Shown here: piece after piece, positions 1-11,980 of the stretch | Numbering within the stretch: the first letter of the stretch is position 1 | How the letters are laid out: each line of letters opens with the position of its first letter | DNA from: Botryllus schlosseri | Lineage: Eukaryota | Direction: 5' to 3' | NCBI GenBank assembly: GCA_051294905.1 | Contig: CM119373.1 | Coordinates: 7,316,001-7,380,000 of the forward strand | DNA: 64,000 bases | The notes under the pieces: generated by a model | The model's input: the letters and a program-made list of their open reading frames with translations, nothing else | What the model was told of the DNA's origin: nothing | Database searches by the model: none | Translations under genes and position numbers: made by a program

Positions 1-33
1 CAGGCACATACAGTCGATTTAACGACTTCAAAG

Positions 34-333
34 TTGACACCTCCACATCTTTTGATTGCACGTCGTGAGAATGGAGATGAACAGTCGTGGATTGCGGCCG
101 ATCGCATCACCATCAAGCGCATATCCGAAAACGAAAGAAGACCGTTTGAGATGATTATTGATCTCGTAGCATGCTATTCCGCATGGGATCTTAGTTATCC
201 CAAGGTCTTTCAAATATTGCCATTCATTCAACGTGTCCTTGTTGGTGATAAAAATTCAGGATTACAGTCGAACAAGTTCGTCCATTTTTGGAAAAAATAT
301 CAGAATGCCCAGCAATCGATTGAAAAAATGTAG
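34..333 (+). CDS. C-terminal fragment of an uncharacterised, probably TE-associated protein (SAMD3-like C-terminal pattern)
   Basis: 99-aa ORF at the window edge. The pattern ...IIDLVACYSAWDLSYP...ILPFIQRVLVG resembles the C-terminus of SAMD3-like proteins often found in CACTA-type elements (recalled resemblance only). Confidence 0.35.
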   Translation: MTPPHLLIARRENGDEQSWIAADRITIKRISENERRPFEMIIDLVACYSAWDLSYPKVFQILPFIQRVLVGDKNSGLQSNKFVHFWKKYQNAQQSIEKM

Positions 334-518
334 GCTAATTAATCTCCCTTGCTCCAAGTACTTGGACTGTGAGTAGTGCTTTCTTTTGGTATGGAATGTA
401 CCTGTACATAGTGGATTTCGTTATTTTTTGCATTTGCACAATAATTCGTTTTTTTTAGTGGCTAGACTTTTGCTATGCCTTCATTAGTAAATTTTTCGTT
501 TTTAGTGGCACTGTATAT

Positions 519-1882
519 TAGGGCTGTTCCAAATAACATACTGTTTAGCCAAAATTGGTTTACTATGGCATTTTGGCAATTCAATCAATCATTTGATCAT
601 GAAACCAGACAATTTTTGAGAAACAATATTTATTGACAACATTACTGTACATACACCTTGCTTTAGTTCCGAATCCAGTTCTTTTATACTGTTATTACTG
701 TTAAATAGTATCACCTGCATGGAAATAGTGCATTAAACGCTCACTCTCGCGAAATTTCATGCTGGTGAAGGCCTATTTTGTGATACGATTGTTGATATAC
801 AATGTTATTTCCAATTCTCCACTAGTTGCTGACGATTACCTCTGACGAGTGTCATCCGAAAATGATTGGGTTCATTTCAACATGCACAGCACATACTATT
901 CAGTTGTTTATTGCAGTTCTGTACCTGCAAGAATCTCTGTTATTACTGTATAAAATCCTGTCTTACTGTGTCAAAAAATTGTTATGTTTTCAATTTGTAT
1001 TGTCATATTTAACGGCAACTTACACTGTTTCTTTTATTGTACATTCCACAACCGACTCTTTTAAAATAAAATATTGTTTCGAGAAGAGCCTGTGGATCCA
1101 CAGTGTGGAGGTATTTCCAGATACATAATTTCGAGCTCTGCAGCGATAGGTACTGACATGCCACTTCAGACCACACAATATTATGACATACATCGCTACC
1201 ACGCAATGTGACATCTAAAAAAAAAATCGAATATTGTGTGTTTTTTTTGTGCATAAATGCACGCGTTTTAGCTTACAGTGTACAAGCTGTGGAAGATCAC
1301 CGGAACAGATATGCAGATTTCTCGAAAGCAACCATTTCATCCACCTGATTTATGTAATATTTTGCCAAGTTGATCTCTTTCTTTGCCTTATTTTTTCGTT
1401 TCTTGTGATGTTTATTATGTGGCTGTGAGTGGATGTTACATTTGCAGTTGTATTCTTGCACATGGGGATCCAGGAAATTGATGAACAGTGCCGGGTAGGT
1501 TTGAGGGGTGTAGGATATGTGATCCAACAAAAAGACCATCAGTTTTAGGTAGTTTTGAGCAGTTCTAAGGCAGTGTGGGACATGGAAATGTTATCCTGAA
1601 CTAGGAATGCCTTATATAGTGGGGTTTTGTAGCACTCCAAACCGCAACAGCTGCATAAATCCATGTTATATGTCACTTTAACTCGGCTAGGTAAAATCGT
1701 GACACTGAGATTTTAGGGGAATCCCCTATTTTCAGCTGCTATTCTTCCAGCTCAATGTGCACACGGATGCAGGGGACGAGTTACAAAAAAAAGTAGCCAG
1801 AATATGTTTTCAAGGTATAAGGCATGGGAATCGGACTGAAAACCTGGACTTTTTGAAAGTCGGTCAATTCTGAACAACCCTA
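519..1882. mobile_element. Possible old TAGGGCTGTTC-terminus DNA element
   Basis: tagggctgttcc at 519 and gaacaacccta ending 1882 form an imperfect TIR of the same class as element K. The flanking 8-mers match only 4/8. Confidence 0.3.
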
Positions 1883-4175
1883 ACGTACAATTTCAAAATG
1901 TAAAGTGCTTGACATATTTGATGGATATTTCCGATTCTTGACGCATCGAACCAGACAAATTTAAAATGCAAGAAAGGGGTAAATATATTATTCAGTTTCT
2001 ATGATTAATAATGGCATTTTCTGAGAGCAATCAAACGTGAATTGGCAAACGGCAAATCTGATATAACTTGACTTTACGTTCCACTGTGCCATCGGTAACA
2101 CATCTACTTATGCCTATAGCAGGGGTTCTCAAAGTATGGGTCGCGAAGGGTATGAATTTGGGTCGCGACCACACTAGAGCGATCTTTTAATATGCATGTA
2201 ACATTTGCCGAATTTCCTGCAACCTGCAACAAACCGAGGAAAACAATGCACCCCAATTCGAAAACACCTGCGTCACTCATGTTTAATAGATCTGTAATAG
2301 GTCAGTAATTTTGTTAGTTACTTCCGTATTTTATCGGCATTACTGCAATGGGTTGCGGGTTCAGCGTATTTCCTTGTGCATTTTAACCTTTTATTTTCAT
2401 CCTTATTTAGAGTCACTGTTAACTAGATTTGCGTCTGTCGTGAGTGAAATATAGACGCATCTTGGCACAGTGTAACTCCTGTATCACAACCTTGGAATTC
2501 CAACCTTTTGAATATCCCGTTTTAGTTTCATATACGTATTTTACTAATGGCTGCAGGGTAGTAGTGCCAACAATATACTCGGCGCTCTTAACTGAAATCG
2601 CTTGCAGCGACCGGAAAATATACTCACAGCACAGAACGAACCACGGACTGAAAAAAGATATCGAAAATAGGTTCTTGGCTTGCTTCGCTATTTCCGGCTC
2701 CTTCAAGGTATCGTCTTGTGAGTTCACTTCTGTGCTGAACGCGGATGAGCAAATGATGTCGAGAGAGAGCCGGGAAGATATCCTGGAAAAAGAGAGGAGG
2801 GTATTTCGGTAAATTGTAATCACGTTACATATAGTGACCGGTCGCCTGGGATATGAGCAATAAGCAATATTTTTTTGTATTATTCAATGTGTTTGTCGAC
2901 TACATTGGTCATTTACACCAGGCCGATTGTCTTTATCTTGATTCCTTAACTGACGACTTGTAGCACGGCCCACTTCTCGGCTTGCTCAAGACACCGCTTG
3001 CGAAGATCAAACGGCGTGGAGGAGCCTAGAAAAACCACCAGCACTTAGGCAGGAATTCTGGAATCGACTCCGGCAGGACTCGAAGTCGCAATCCATTAGT
3101 GTTGCAGCTGCCGTTCATACCACCAAGCTATTTAGCCACGGCAAGCAATGGGCAATGGGCATGGGGGAAATGAGCACATGAGACTTGCGCATGTGGTTTG
3201 AAGTTAGGGTACAGGATGAGTTAGTTTTGAGGAAAAACTGTCCCAAGCCCAACTCTCGTTTTTCATTGTGTCGTATACTCAAAATGTCGAGAATCATGTT
3301 ACTTCCATTGAAAATCAGAACATGACGCAAGTATTGGGCTAAACCACTCAGATCCCAGACGTTAAGAGTCGTTGGATTCTGTAGGTTATATCAATTGCTT
3401 TTATAATGCCATACATAAGATTTATTAATTTTCTGGTTGGACCACCGATACTTTATTATCTATATTTAGACTGGGCAACCTCCGCCACACAAAACAGATG
3501 CCTCTTGTCGCTTCCCTGCTCCGGCATATGGTCAATTGTGTACAATGTTATGTGCGTTCCGGCCGTAACAATATCCAATCGGTCCACGCACCGCAAAGAT
3601 ATCTTGTATTATTAGGCCCATACATTGCCAAAAACTGTCAGCGTCGGGAAGAACGCGGCGTACAAAGAAGTCGTCAATAAAATTGGAAATTGGCTGCAAT
3701 CATCAGTCTCTAAGCATCGTGGAGCCAAAATGACTACTGCCGTTATGATGGACCCATAAAATCCTGTCGCGCCCATGACTATACTTTTTACACGGTCGTT
3801 CCACTCACTTTTTCGAGTTGAATACTCCATCACTGGACTTGATACTGCGGTCCAGAGCCGCTGCAGCGTTGTCTGCACATCTGTCCATGATGTAGATCAT
3901 TTGTCTGATCTTAGAAGTTGAGAATGTAGGAGTGAGGGAAGACCGAATGCGCTTCCATTGGCTACCCTCAACAACCGTGAGGCCTACATTGAGCTCTTTT
4001 CCGCCTATCTTGATGAGACTGTTCTGAAATATAGTATGTGATCTTCGTATGTGGTGCGAGATTATTCATTCTGTGGCATCTTCACTATCGCAAACAGATA
4101 ACCTAGCGGCGATACAATTTGATTATGCTTGGGTCCTACAATTGTAAAGGAACGGGAAGTAAGGTGTCCGGTCAA

Positions 4176-4556
4176 TACCGAGAATGCTATTACCGAGAAT
4201 GCAATTACCGAGAAGGACAATACCGAGAATGGACATTACCGAGAATGAACACCACCAAGAATGGACATTACCGAGAATGCAATATATGCAATGCAGGCAT
4301 GTCATGCATATGAACAGGTCGTGTGTGTGCATCACGGCGTTACTACATTCGGTATCGATTCTCAAGTATAAATTTCTCGACAACGTCAGTTAAATTAAGC
4401 TCTATTCTTGGCATTGGCCATTCTCGGTAATGTCCGTTCTCGGTAATGTCCGTTCTCGGTAATGTCCATTCTCGGTAATGTCCGTTCCCGGTAATGTCCA
4501 TTCTCGGTAATAGCATTCTCGGTAATGTCCATCTCGGTAATGGCATTCTTGGTTAT
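4176..4556. repeat. Foldback-like element: inverted arrays of a ~15-bp unit (ggacattaccgagaat)
   Basis: Tandem taccgagaatg units at about 4176-4290 and their reverse complements at about 4406-4556 flank a ~115-bp spacer. Confidence 0.8.
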
Positions 4557-5269
4557 AGTATGGAACCCGGGAAGTAATGGTTAACATTCAGCTCTGATCA
4601 AGACCGTAACAGTACTTTAGCACTTCAAAAACCTGAATCGCAATCACATGTCAAATGTCCGCTAGTTGCGAAATTACAACGCGACAGGTTTTACGATGAC
4701 ACGATGCATTTGTCGTCTCGCATGGTGTCTAACTGTCTATAACTCACTATTTCGCCAAATTATGCCAAGCACAACATCATTTTAAAGAAAATATTTAAAA
4801 ATATGACTTTTTCGTGGCAAACGTGAATATTATAATTTGAATCACATTTTCACATTGTGTATGGAATGCCAGTCTGCAAGTTTCGTCTAATAAGGCCTAC
4901 TGGGAAATACACATTATACCCCTATTTAATTCTGCGGCCTGCCGCGTCATCAGAAACTACGAAATTGACCCGCGAGCAAATTTGTGTTCAAGACCGCTGG
5001 TCTAAACGATGATACTCTTGTTACTGTCGCGTTTTCGCGTCAACATTACAAAGAATAAATGCTGTTTGTGTTGCTTGTATGTGTATTTGACTACTTTTCT
5101 AATCCCGGGAAATCCCGGGATTGAGAAGCGAAAATCCCGGGGATTTCAAATTTGATCCCGAAGTCCCAACGCTATGGGCGCACCCGTTGGTATAATGATT
5201 TCGTTACATGATGCTATTTCGCGACCTTCCATCTGCTATGTCAAACGATATTGAAATCACCCAAACGTA

Positions 5270-5749
5270 CTTAACTAAAATACGTACACGATTTCAAATT
5301 GCTCTTTCTTTACTGCCAAATAATGTTCCCTCAGGATGACATTTGTCTTGTGGAGCTCAGATCGCCAGGACAGGGATATTCGGCACCAGCCATTTTGGCG
5401 CCTATGGACAATTAAACATATATTTATATACAACGAAGTTTTCTGTCAGCACAAGGCAATTCTTTTTCGCCAAGGTCTTCTCGCTGCTGATCGTTCTGGC
5501 AGACTTCTCCGAGTCGCATGTTACATGGCTTATAACTTCATATGTCTTGGTGCGCCGAAGTGCCCTTTTTTAAAGTCATGCTCCTTCTTTGTTTGGGGAA
5601 TGGTTCCCAATAATCACTATATATTTGACAACATTAAATTTCCAAAACAATACTTTATGATTTATGTTCATTCACGAAATAATTCTGGGGGCGCCTAAAG
5701 CCTCCCCCCCCCTTATTGGGTGTGTTGGGGTGCGGAAGTTACGGTCCTG
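5270..5749 (-). mobile_element. Truncated copy of hAT-type family B
   Basis: Terminus gttacggtcctg ends at 5749 (reverse complement caggaccgtaac). The interior matches the B copies at 27426, 52850 and 62239. Confidence 0.75.
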
Positions 5750-5935
5750 GCTCTGATCACATGTAGTAGACTAGAAAACATTCGTTTCCGCATATACACC
5801 TGATAAATGAAACACGTGGATGTCATCCCTTTCATTCAATATCCGGGATTGTGACGTGTCAAAAGTCACATAATGGCTGAAGAATGAACATTGCTAGAGA
5901 TCGCATAGATATAATTTATAGTCAATTTTTGTTAC

Positions 5936-6032
5936 CTGCCTAGCAGGAAAAGAATGAAATTCTTTGATGAATATCTGTCTCAGCATATCCGGATCGTGGA
6001 TTGTTACACTCGGACTGAGAAATGCATAAGAT
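5936..6032 (-). CDS. Cytochrome P450 CYP3-clan internal exon (equivalent to CYP3A exon 4)
   Basis: 97-bp exon bounded by tttcAG and GTaac. It encodes SYAFLSPSVTIHDPDMLRQIFIKEFHSFPARQ, starts in phase 2 and ends in phase 0, like CYP3A exon 4 (...[25 protein letters not shown]). Confidence 0.85.
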
Positions 6033-6397
6033 CTGAAATTGGAAGACGTATTATTGAGTGGCAGTTCCAACACTGTCATACCTGAATTATCAACCCCCAA
6101 CTGTCATACATATATATCATCTTTGGGCTGGTAAGTAACGTGGTGCTATTTTTATACTACAGTGCGTCGTTGAAAAAAAACTCATTTGTGGTCACGTTAA
6201 ACCGATAATCTTCTGGATGCTAACTGCGAATTATTCGAATAAAACGAAACTAGCCGGGTCGCAAAGGGCCCAGGAACGCTGATCATTTCATCTTTACTTG
6301 GGCCCATATTAAAGTATATTATTTCAAACAAGTCTGTGACATGACCTCTGAAACAATATACTACTTGATCGTGATCATACTTAAAGATCTTCTAAAT

Positions 6398-7379
6398 CAG
6401 TTGTTCTCAACCGGGGGTCCGCGGACCCCTAGGGATCAGCGAAGCCTCTGAATTTTCAAAATAGTTGATAACCTGAATCTGTGTTTTTAAACCTGGAAAA
6501 TCGCGAGGTACTTTCACTTCATTACTAGTACCTAAATCTCCAAAACTCGCATCAACAGAATGGCCGTCCGAGTTGAAATATCCTACTGTTCAGACTCATT
6601 TTAATTGCTAAATTACCAATAGCCTACTAATGCATATATTTTGCTATTTCGCGATATTTTGTTGGGGATTGTGAAAAAAAAATAAAAATATGGATTAGTA
6701 AGCTCAATCATGGTGACTTCGAAATGTATACAAAAATCGATTTTCTCTTGTGACATACATAACCCTTTGCCATAATAATTTCAGTCATTATCAGTATCAG
6801 TTTATTAATATTGTCATCAATTCAAAAACTCACAAAATTGCGATAAAATGAAAACATAGGAAGGATTCGAAACGAATAGGAGTAGTCTCTGAAATCAGAC
6901 ACCCAAGATGAGCTGCTTCATAAAAATGACCAGGCTTGACGTTAAATGTTCATTAAAATTGTTTATCAATTTTGGTGCCATATTTGTTGCGATCATACCC
7001 GAATGTGTCGTCGGAAGCGTTATGCGTTTTTTATTACATTCACCACCACCTATCTTTGTGGAAAAGGATTATCGGCACTAGTTCATAGCAAATCGACGGC
7101 GCGGATTTTCGAGACTCGACCACGTATTTCAAGAAATGCAGTTGCAAAATTAACTTTGAAATAACAAAATTCAATCCAATTTCTACATCAGTAGCATGAT
7201 GTTATTTTTGAGAAAAGTCATTTTTTGCTGGTTATCACTAGCCTACGGATATCATTTGAACAAGACAGATGACAATTGCAGGACAATTGAGCTAAATTTG
7301 AACTAAAACTTTGGGGGATCTGATGGGTCCGTGACGGTCTAAAAGGGGTCCGAGAATACGAAAAGGTTAAGAGCCACTG
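6398..7379. mobile_element. Non-autonomous hAT element F
   Basis: TIRs cagttgttctcaacc and ggttaagagccactg; exact 8-bp TSD ttctaaat (6390-6397, 7380-7387). Confidence 0.9.
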
Positions 7380-8330
7380 TTCTAAATCAATTCGAAGCTG
7401 GATTTGGTATGAGACAGTACATTTTTAATATTTTTCAAGGGCCTGACGACTTTTTGATGAATATGAACCAATTCCGGGTTTCGTCTTGAAATCATTATGA
7501 TATTGGTGAGTTTCAGGATTTATGGACTTTATGAAAGCGGATGTGGATGTGAAAATATACAATCTTCTCATCCCTGTTTTGAAGTCTGCCATCACTGTAT
7601 AACGTAAAGCGACATGTGCATTTCTAGAAAGGAACCTAGCCAGTAGAATGTTTAATGTGATTCAGTTAATTTTGGTATCGAGTGGATAACCTATCTGTAT
7701 AACATGTTGGAATTTACCTATATAAGCGACGTATGCACAAACTTTACTGACTAGTAGTAAGATAGGCTTGCTTTCGATATAGGTTCACACTTTAAAATTG
7801 GATTCTCAAAGTAAAGAAATGAAGCATTGTAAGGGTGAGATAAAAGTGAACAACTGTAACGGTGTAATGGGTCGGAAGGTGGATAACTGGATATCGACGT
7901 AAGGTTCTCACTAATTTCGTTTAATGCTACTTGATTTCATGACATAATCTGGAGCATGCTGAATGCTGATACAAGTTGGTATTTTGCTTCTGTGGTATTG
8001 AAATATATCAAGTGCAATTCATAGATTATATTCCATGAATTTTTGCTGACACTGGTTGATACGCAACTACTGATAAGCATGACCGGGTGTGGGGGTTTCG
8101 CAGTTATAAGATTAGTAGGGAGTTGGGATCCACTGTTCAAAGTAGCGTCATCAACAACTTCGCTAATGTTTGCTATCAGATATAATCTTATTATGTGATC
8201 CTTATTTACATCCAACTTTTATTACAGTTGATATAGTGATGACATTCTACCAACACAATGAATGATCGCATGCATGGTTCGGAGAAAAGAATGAATGTTA
8301 ACCATATAGAAAATTGCGAGTACATCCTAC

Positions 8331-8383
8331 CCCCAAATTGTTCCATGCTTTTTCTTCATCTGGTTATCATATTGAAACATCGT
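8331..8383 (-). CDS. Cytochrome P450 CYP3-clan internal exon (equivalent to CYP3A exon 3)
   Basis: 53-bp exon bounded by tttctAG and GTagga, encoding TMFQYDNQMKKKHGTIWG. Its length and phase-2 end match CYP3A exon 3, and it splices in frame to 5936-6032. Confidence 0.85.
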
Positions 8384-9039
8384 CTAGAAACAGATAATTA
8401 GTTAGTTGTTCCTGATCTAGTATTCAACGCCTTGGAATATAAAGCTTAGGCTAAAAATCTGAAAACACAATTACTCATAACATAATACATGACACATTGA
8501 CATAATTCATGGCCAGATCTGATAAAAGCGGTTTTAGTATCACAGAACAACATTCGAAAGTAGTCTTCAGCTATTCGCTATGTTCATATTCGTTCATGGA
8601 ATTTCCTATTGATGCATCATTATGGTAGCTTTCACCAAGTTTTGCCACAACATATATTATAGGGATGGTGTGAACTGTGAATCTCTGAAAAGTTCAGGCT
8701 CGTGTAAAAGCGTAAATTTTTTGGAAGGTTCTGTACGAACGCGGACGTGAACCTCATGACGTCACGTGACGTCATATTGCTAATTCCAAAATAACATTTC
8801 AGTGAATTGATATATATACCCCAAGCACACAGATTTGGTTTTTATGATACGATAAACATATCAAATCAAGATGGACCCCATACGCCTGCTAATTTTTTTA
8901 CATTAGACAACGATGTATTCTTTATATGTATTTCATTGATTGGTTAAATAAGCATCATTCGGGGACTGCCTACATTGTGGTTTATTTCACCCGTGATGAT
9001 GTGTGATCGCGGGTCAAGCTCACATCAGAGCCCCTAAAC

Positions 9040-9860
9040 CAGTGGTTCTCAACCTTTTTGTCTTTGCGCACCCCTTTTGAACCGTGAAGACCCCCGCGGA
9101 CCCCAGAAAGTTTTAGTACAGATTTAGCTCATTTATCGTACAATCGTCATCTGACGTCATACCTGTAGGCTCAGTGATAAATAGCAGCAAAATGACTTTC
9201 TTGCAAATACGATCATACTATCCATGTAGAGATTGTGTCAACTGAGTTTTATTATTCCAAAGCGAATTCTGCAATTGCATTTCTTGAAATACGTGGTCGT
9301 GTCTTGGAAATTCGCGTCTTCGAAAGGATATTAGCGAGTGCCAAAAATCCATTTCCACAACATAGGTGGTGGCGAATGTAATAACAACGCGTTACGCTTC
9401 CGACGACACATAATCGCAAAAAATATGGCCCTAACATTGACAAACATTTTTTAATGAACATTTAATGTCAAGCCTAGTAAATGATATCCAGCACAGTAAT
9501 TCTCAAAAAACTTTCTTCAGACACGCTCCCCTGATAGTGAAAAATTTCGCGCCACCTTATCGTCATATCACAAAATGAAACCAGAGTGCTAGCAGTCGCA
9601 AAGGATAGTTTGATGGCATGGAAGATTATGACTGTTGATGAGAGAGTTCTCAAATACGAAATTCGGACTATACACAGGGCAACAACCATAAATTTAGGGG
9701 GAAATGCGTGGAGCGAGAAACAACTTTTAGTTAACCGCAGCTTCGCGCCCCACTTCAGATGTTTTTTTTTAAAAAACAATTCAAATTAGCCTATCAACTA
9801 TTTTGAGGCTATGCGGACCACCTGAAAACGCTTCGCGGCCCCCCGGTTTGAGAACCACTG
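9040..9860. mobile_element. Non-autonomous hAT element G
   Basis: TIRs cagtggttctcaa and ttgagaaccactg; exact TSD ccctaaac. Confidence 0.92.
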
Positions 9861-10112
9861 CCCTAAACATTCACAAAAAAAAACTGGATATTTCCAGTAA
9901 ACTTTTGTAACAAAGCAAGTAAAATATTTGAGATTTTCAAGGTGCATGATGCTCGTTGTTGCGTGGATTTCTTATGCTGCCAGTGCCATGCATAGAGTGG
10001 CCCGCCGTTTAAATGCAATAAATTTCAACCAAAGATGTAACAATGAAGTGAAAACTGCAATATATGAAAAAGGTTCACGGTGCAGAAACTTCCAAGGTTC
10101 GTTTGTGTACGT

Positions 10113-11980
10113 CAGTGGTTCTTAACCTTGCCTCCAGCGCCCCCCCCCAAGGGGCGCTGGCGATTTTGAAGGGGGCAGAAACGCTCAGGGGGCGATATGG
10201 GGGGCGCTGGCTTCAGGGGGGCGATATGGGGGGCGCTGGATAAAAATGGCTTCGCAGTAGATGATGTGGTGGTAGGACATATCCCTAATGAGTATTCAGA
10301 GCAAATTAACACCGAAAACTTCGTTATATATAGCCTACAAAAGAAATATAGGTTTAATTGTCCATGGGCGCCTAAATGACTGGCACCAAATGTTCCTGTC
10401 TTGGCAATCTGAACCTCAGAAGACGAATTCCATCTGGCAGGGAAAAATTATATGCCAGTGAAGATATACCAATTCAAAATCGTGCGCATCTTTTAGTTGG
10501 GCGACAGGGATATATAAAACTAGATATCCTTGTTGGGCGATTCTCTATTTTTCGATATAGCAGACAGGAGGTCACGAAATAACATCATGCAACGAAGTCA
10601 TACCAACGGGTCCGTCCACCTGAATATGTTTAATTATTAGTTACGGGCCCTACAGTTTCTAAGACACCTCACAATGTTCGCTCTACGTTTTGACGAGTCT
10701 GCGCACACGCGACAACTCACTGCGCAGGCCCTTGGACAACAGTGCGTAACGACTAAAAAAAGGTCATAACTTCGGATTTGTTTTGCGCAACGTCGATTTT
10801 CTGTACGCAGAGATCGTGTCAGCACTGCGCACGTGCGCAGCTTAGAGGGAACATTGCACCTCACTCAGCTCTACCGGTAAATCTGGTAACATGAGCAGAG
10901 AGGACAAGAAATTGATTGCAATATATATGCAATTCTCGATCTTATTGACCGATTTTATCATGAATTATCGAAAATTTTCGCGCTTCGCACTGGCTCGCTA
11001 AACAGTACAGCTGATTTCGTGGCAAAAGCCAACAACGTGATGGGGGCGGTCGATTTAACACCCTATGGCAGCCCAAGACCCAAGTTTTTTCAGGGGGTCT
11101 GACGAAGTGCCGTTTCATTCCTGCCAACGGGTATACGCCCGAAAATGTATAATTATTATTGAGGGGTCCTACCTTTTCAATCACACATCACTCAGCTCTA
11201 CCGGTAAATCTGTTTACGTGAGCAGACAGAGGATAAAAATTGATATCAATATACATGCAATTCCCGATCATATTGACCAATTCAATCAATAATTATTGAG
11301 ATTTTTCGCGCTTCGCGCGTCTAGGCGAGAATAGTTGGCTCAGTAAATGGACACCCAATGTAGATGACTAGTATCAGCAAATAGCGGATAGTCAGAGGTG
11401 GGTCTGGGGACGAAGCCCCCCGGAAGTTTGGTTTATCACGCGATGGGGGGGGACAAGACCAACGTTTTTTTTGGGGGGGGGGGCTGACGAAGTGCTGTTA
11501 CGGCCCTGGTAACGAATTAATTGTACCTACGGGCACGCCCGAATATATTTAAATATTAATTACATGCCCTTTATTTTCCAATACAACAGCTCCCTCGGCG
11601 CTACTGGTAAATCTGATTACGTGGGCTGAGAGGATAATAAGTTTATAGCGACTTATATATGTAATTACCACCTATTCATTCATACATTATAGAAAATTTT
11701 GGTACCTAGGGCGACCAGGCCACACAAACTTTGCTGACCATCGAAATCACGCTACGGGGTTCTTGGGGGCGAAGCCATCAGAAGTTTGGTTTATCACGCT
11801 ATGGGTGCGCAAGGCAATCCTTTTTAGGGGGGTTGGCGAAGTGCTGTTACGGCCCTCCCTCTTACTAATTGACTTTATTATTTGTCTTTATTTACATTCC
11901 TTACAATACGAGGTTGGGGGCGCTGGAGCACGATAATTTTTGAAAGGGGGCGCTGAAGGAAAAAATGTTAAGAACCACTG
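10113..11980. mobile_element. Composite non-autonomous hAT element A, copy 1
   Basis: TIRs cagtggttcttaac and gttaagaaccactg; exact TSD gtgtacgt. The interior is built from family B segments. Confidence 0.93.
10672..10856. mobile_element. Mini-MITE with CAATGTTC TIRs inside A1
   Basis: caatgttcgctcta...tagagggaacattg flanked by duplicated cacctca. The same site is empty in B copies (about 28055, 53480, 62865). Confidence 0.8.

Noticed and set aside
826-1539. CACTA or integrase-like coding relic
   Set aside because: No diagnostic motif could be confirmed.
4119-4587. Repetitive ORFs (YREC/WTLPR) and CRISPR-like appearance
   Set aside because: These are artefacts of a tandem 15-bp unit without unique spacers; there are no cas genes and the context is eukaryotic.
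2120-4999. hAT-like ends at 2120 and 4999 as one element
   Set aside because: The ends belong to different subfamilies, and the 5/8 flank match is explained by the shared target consensus.
6082-6127. Candidate CYP exon next to exon 4
   Set aside because: It has an in-frame stop in the required phase and would need a 49-bp intron; the true preceding exon is 8331-8383.
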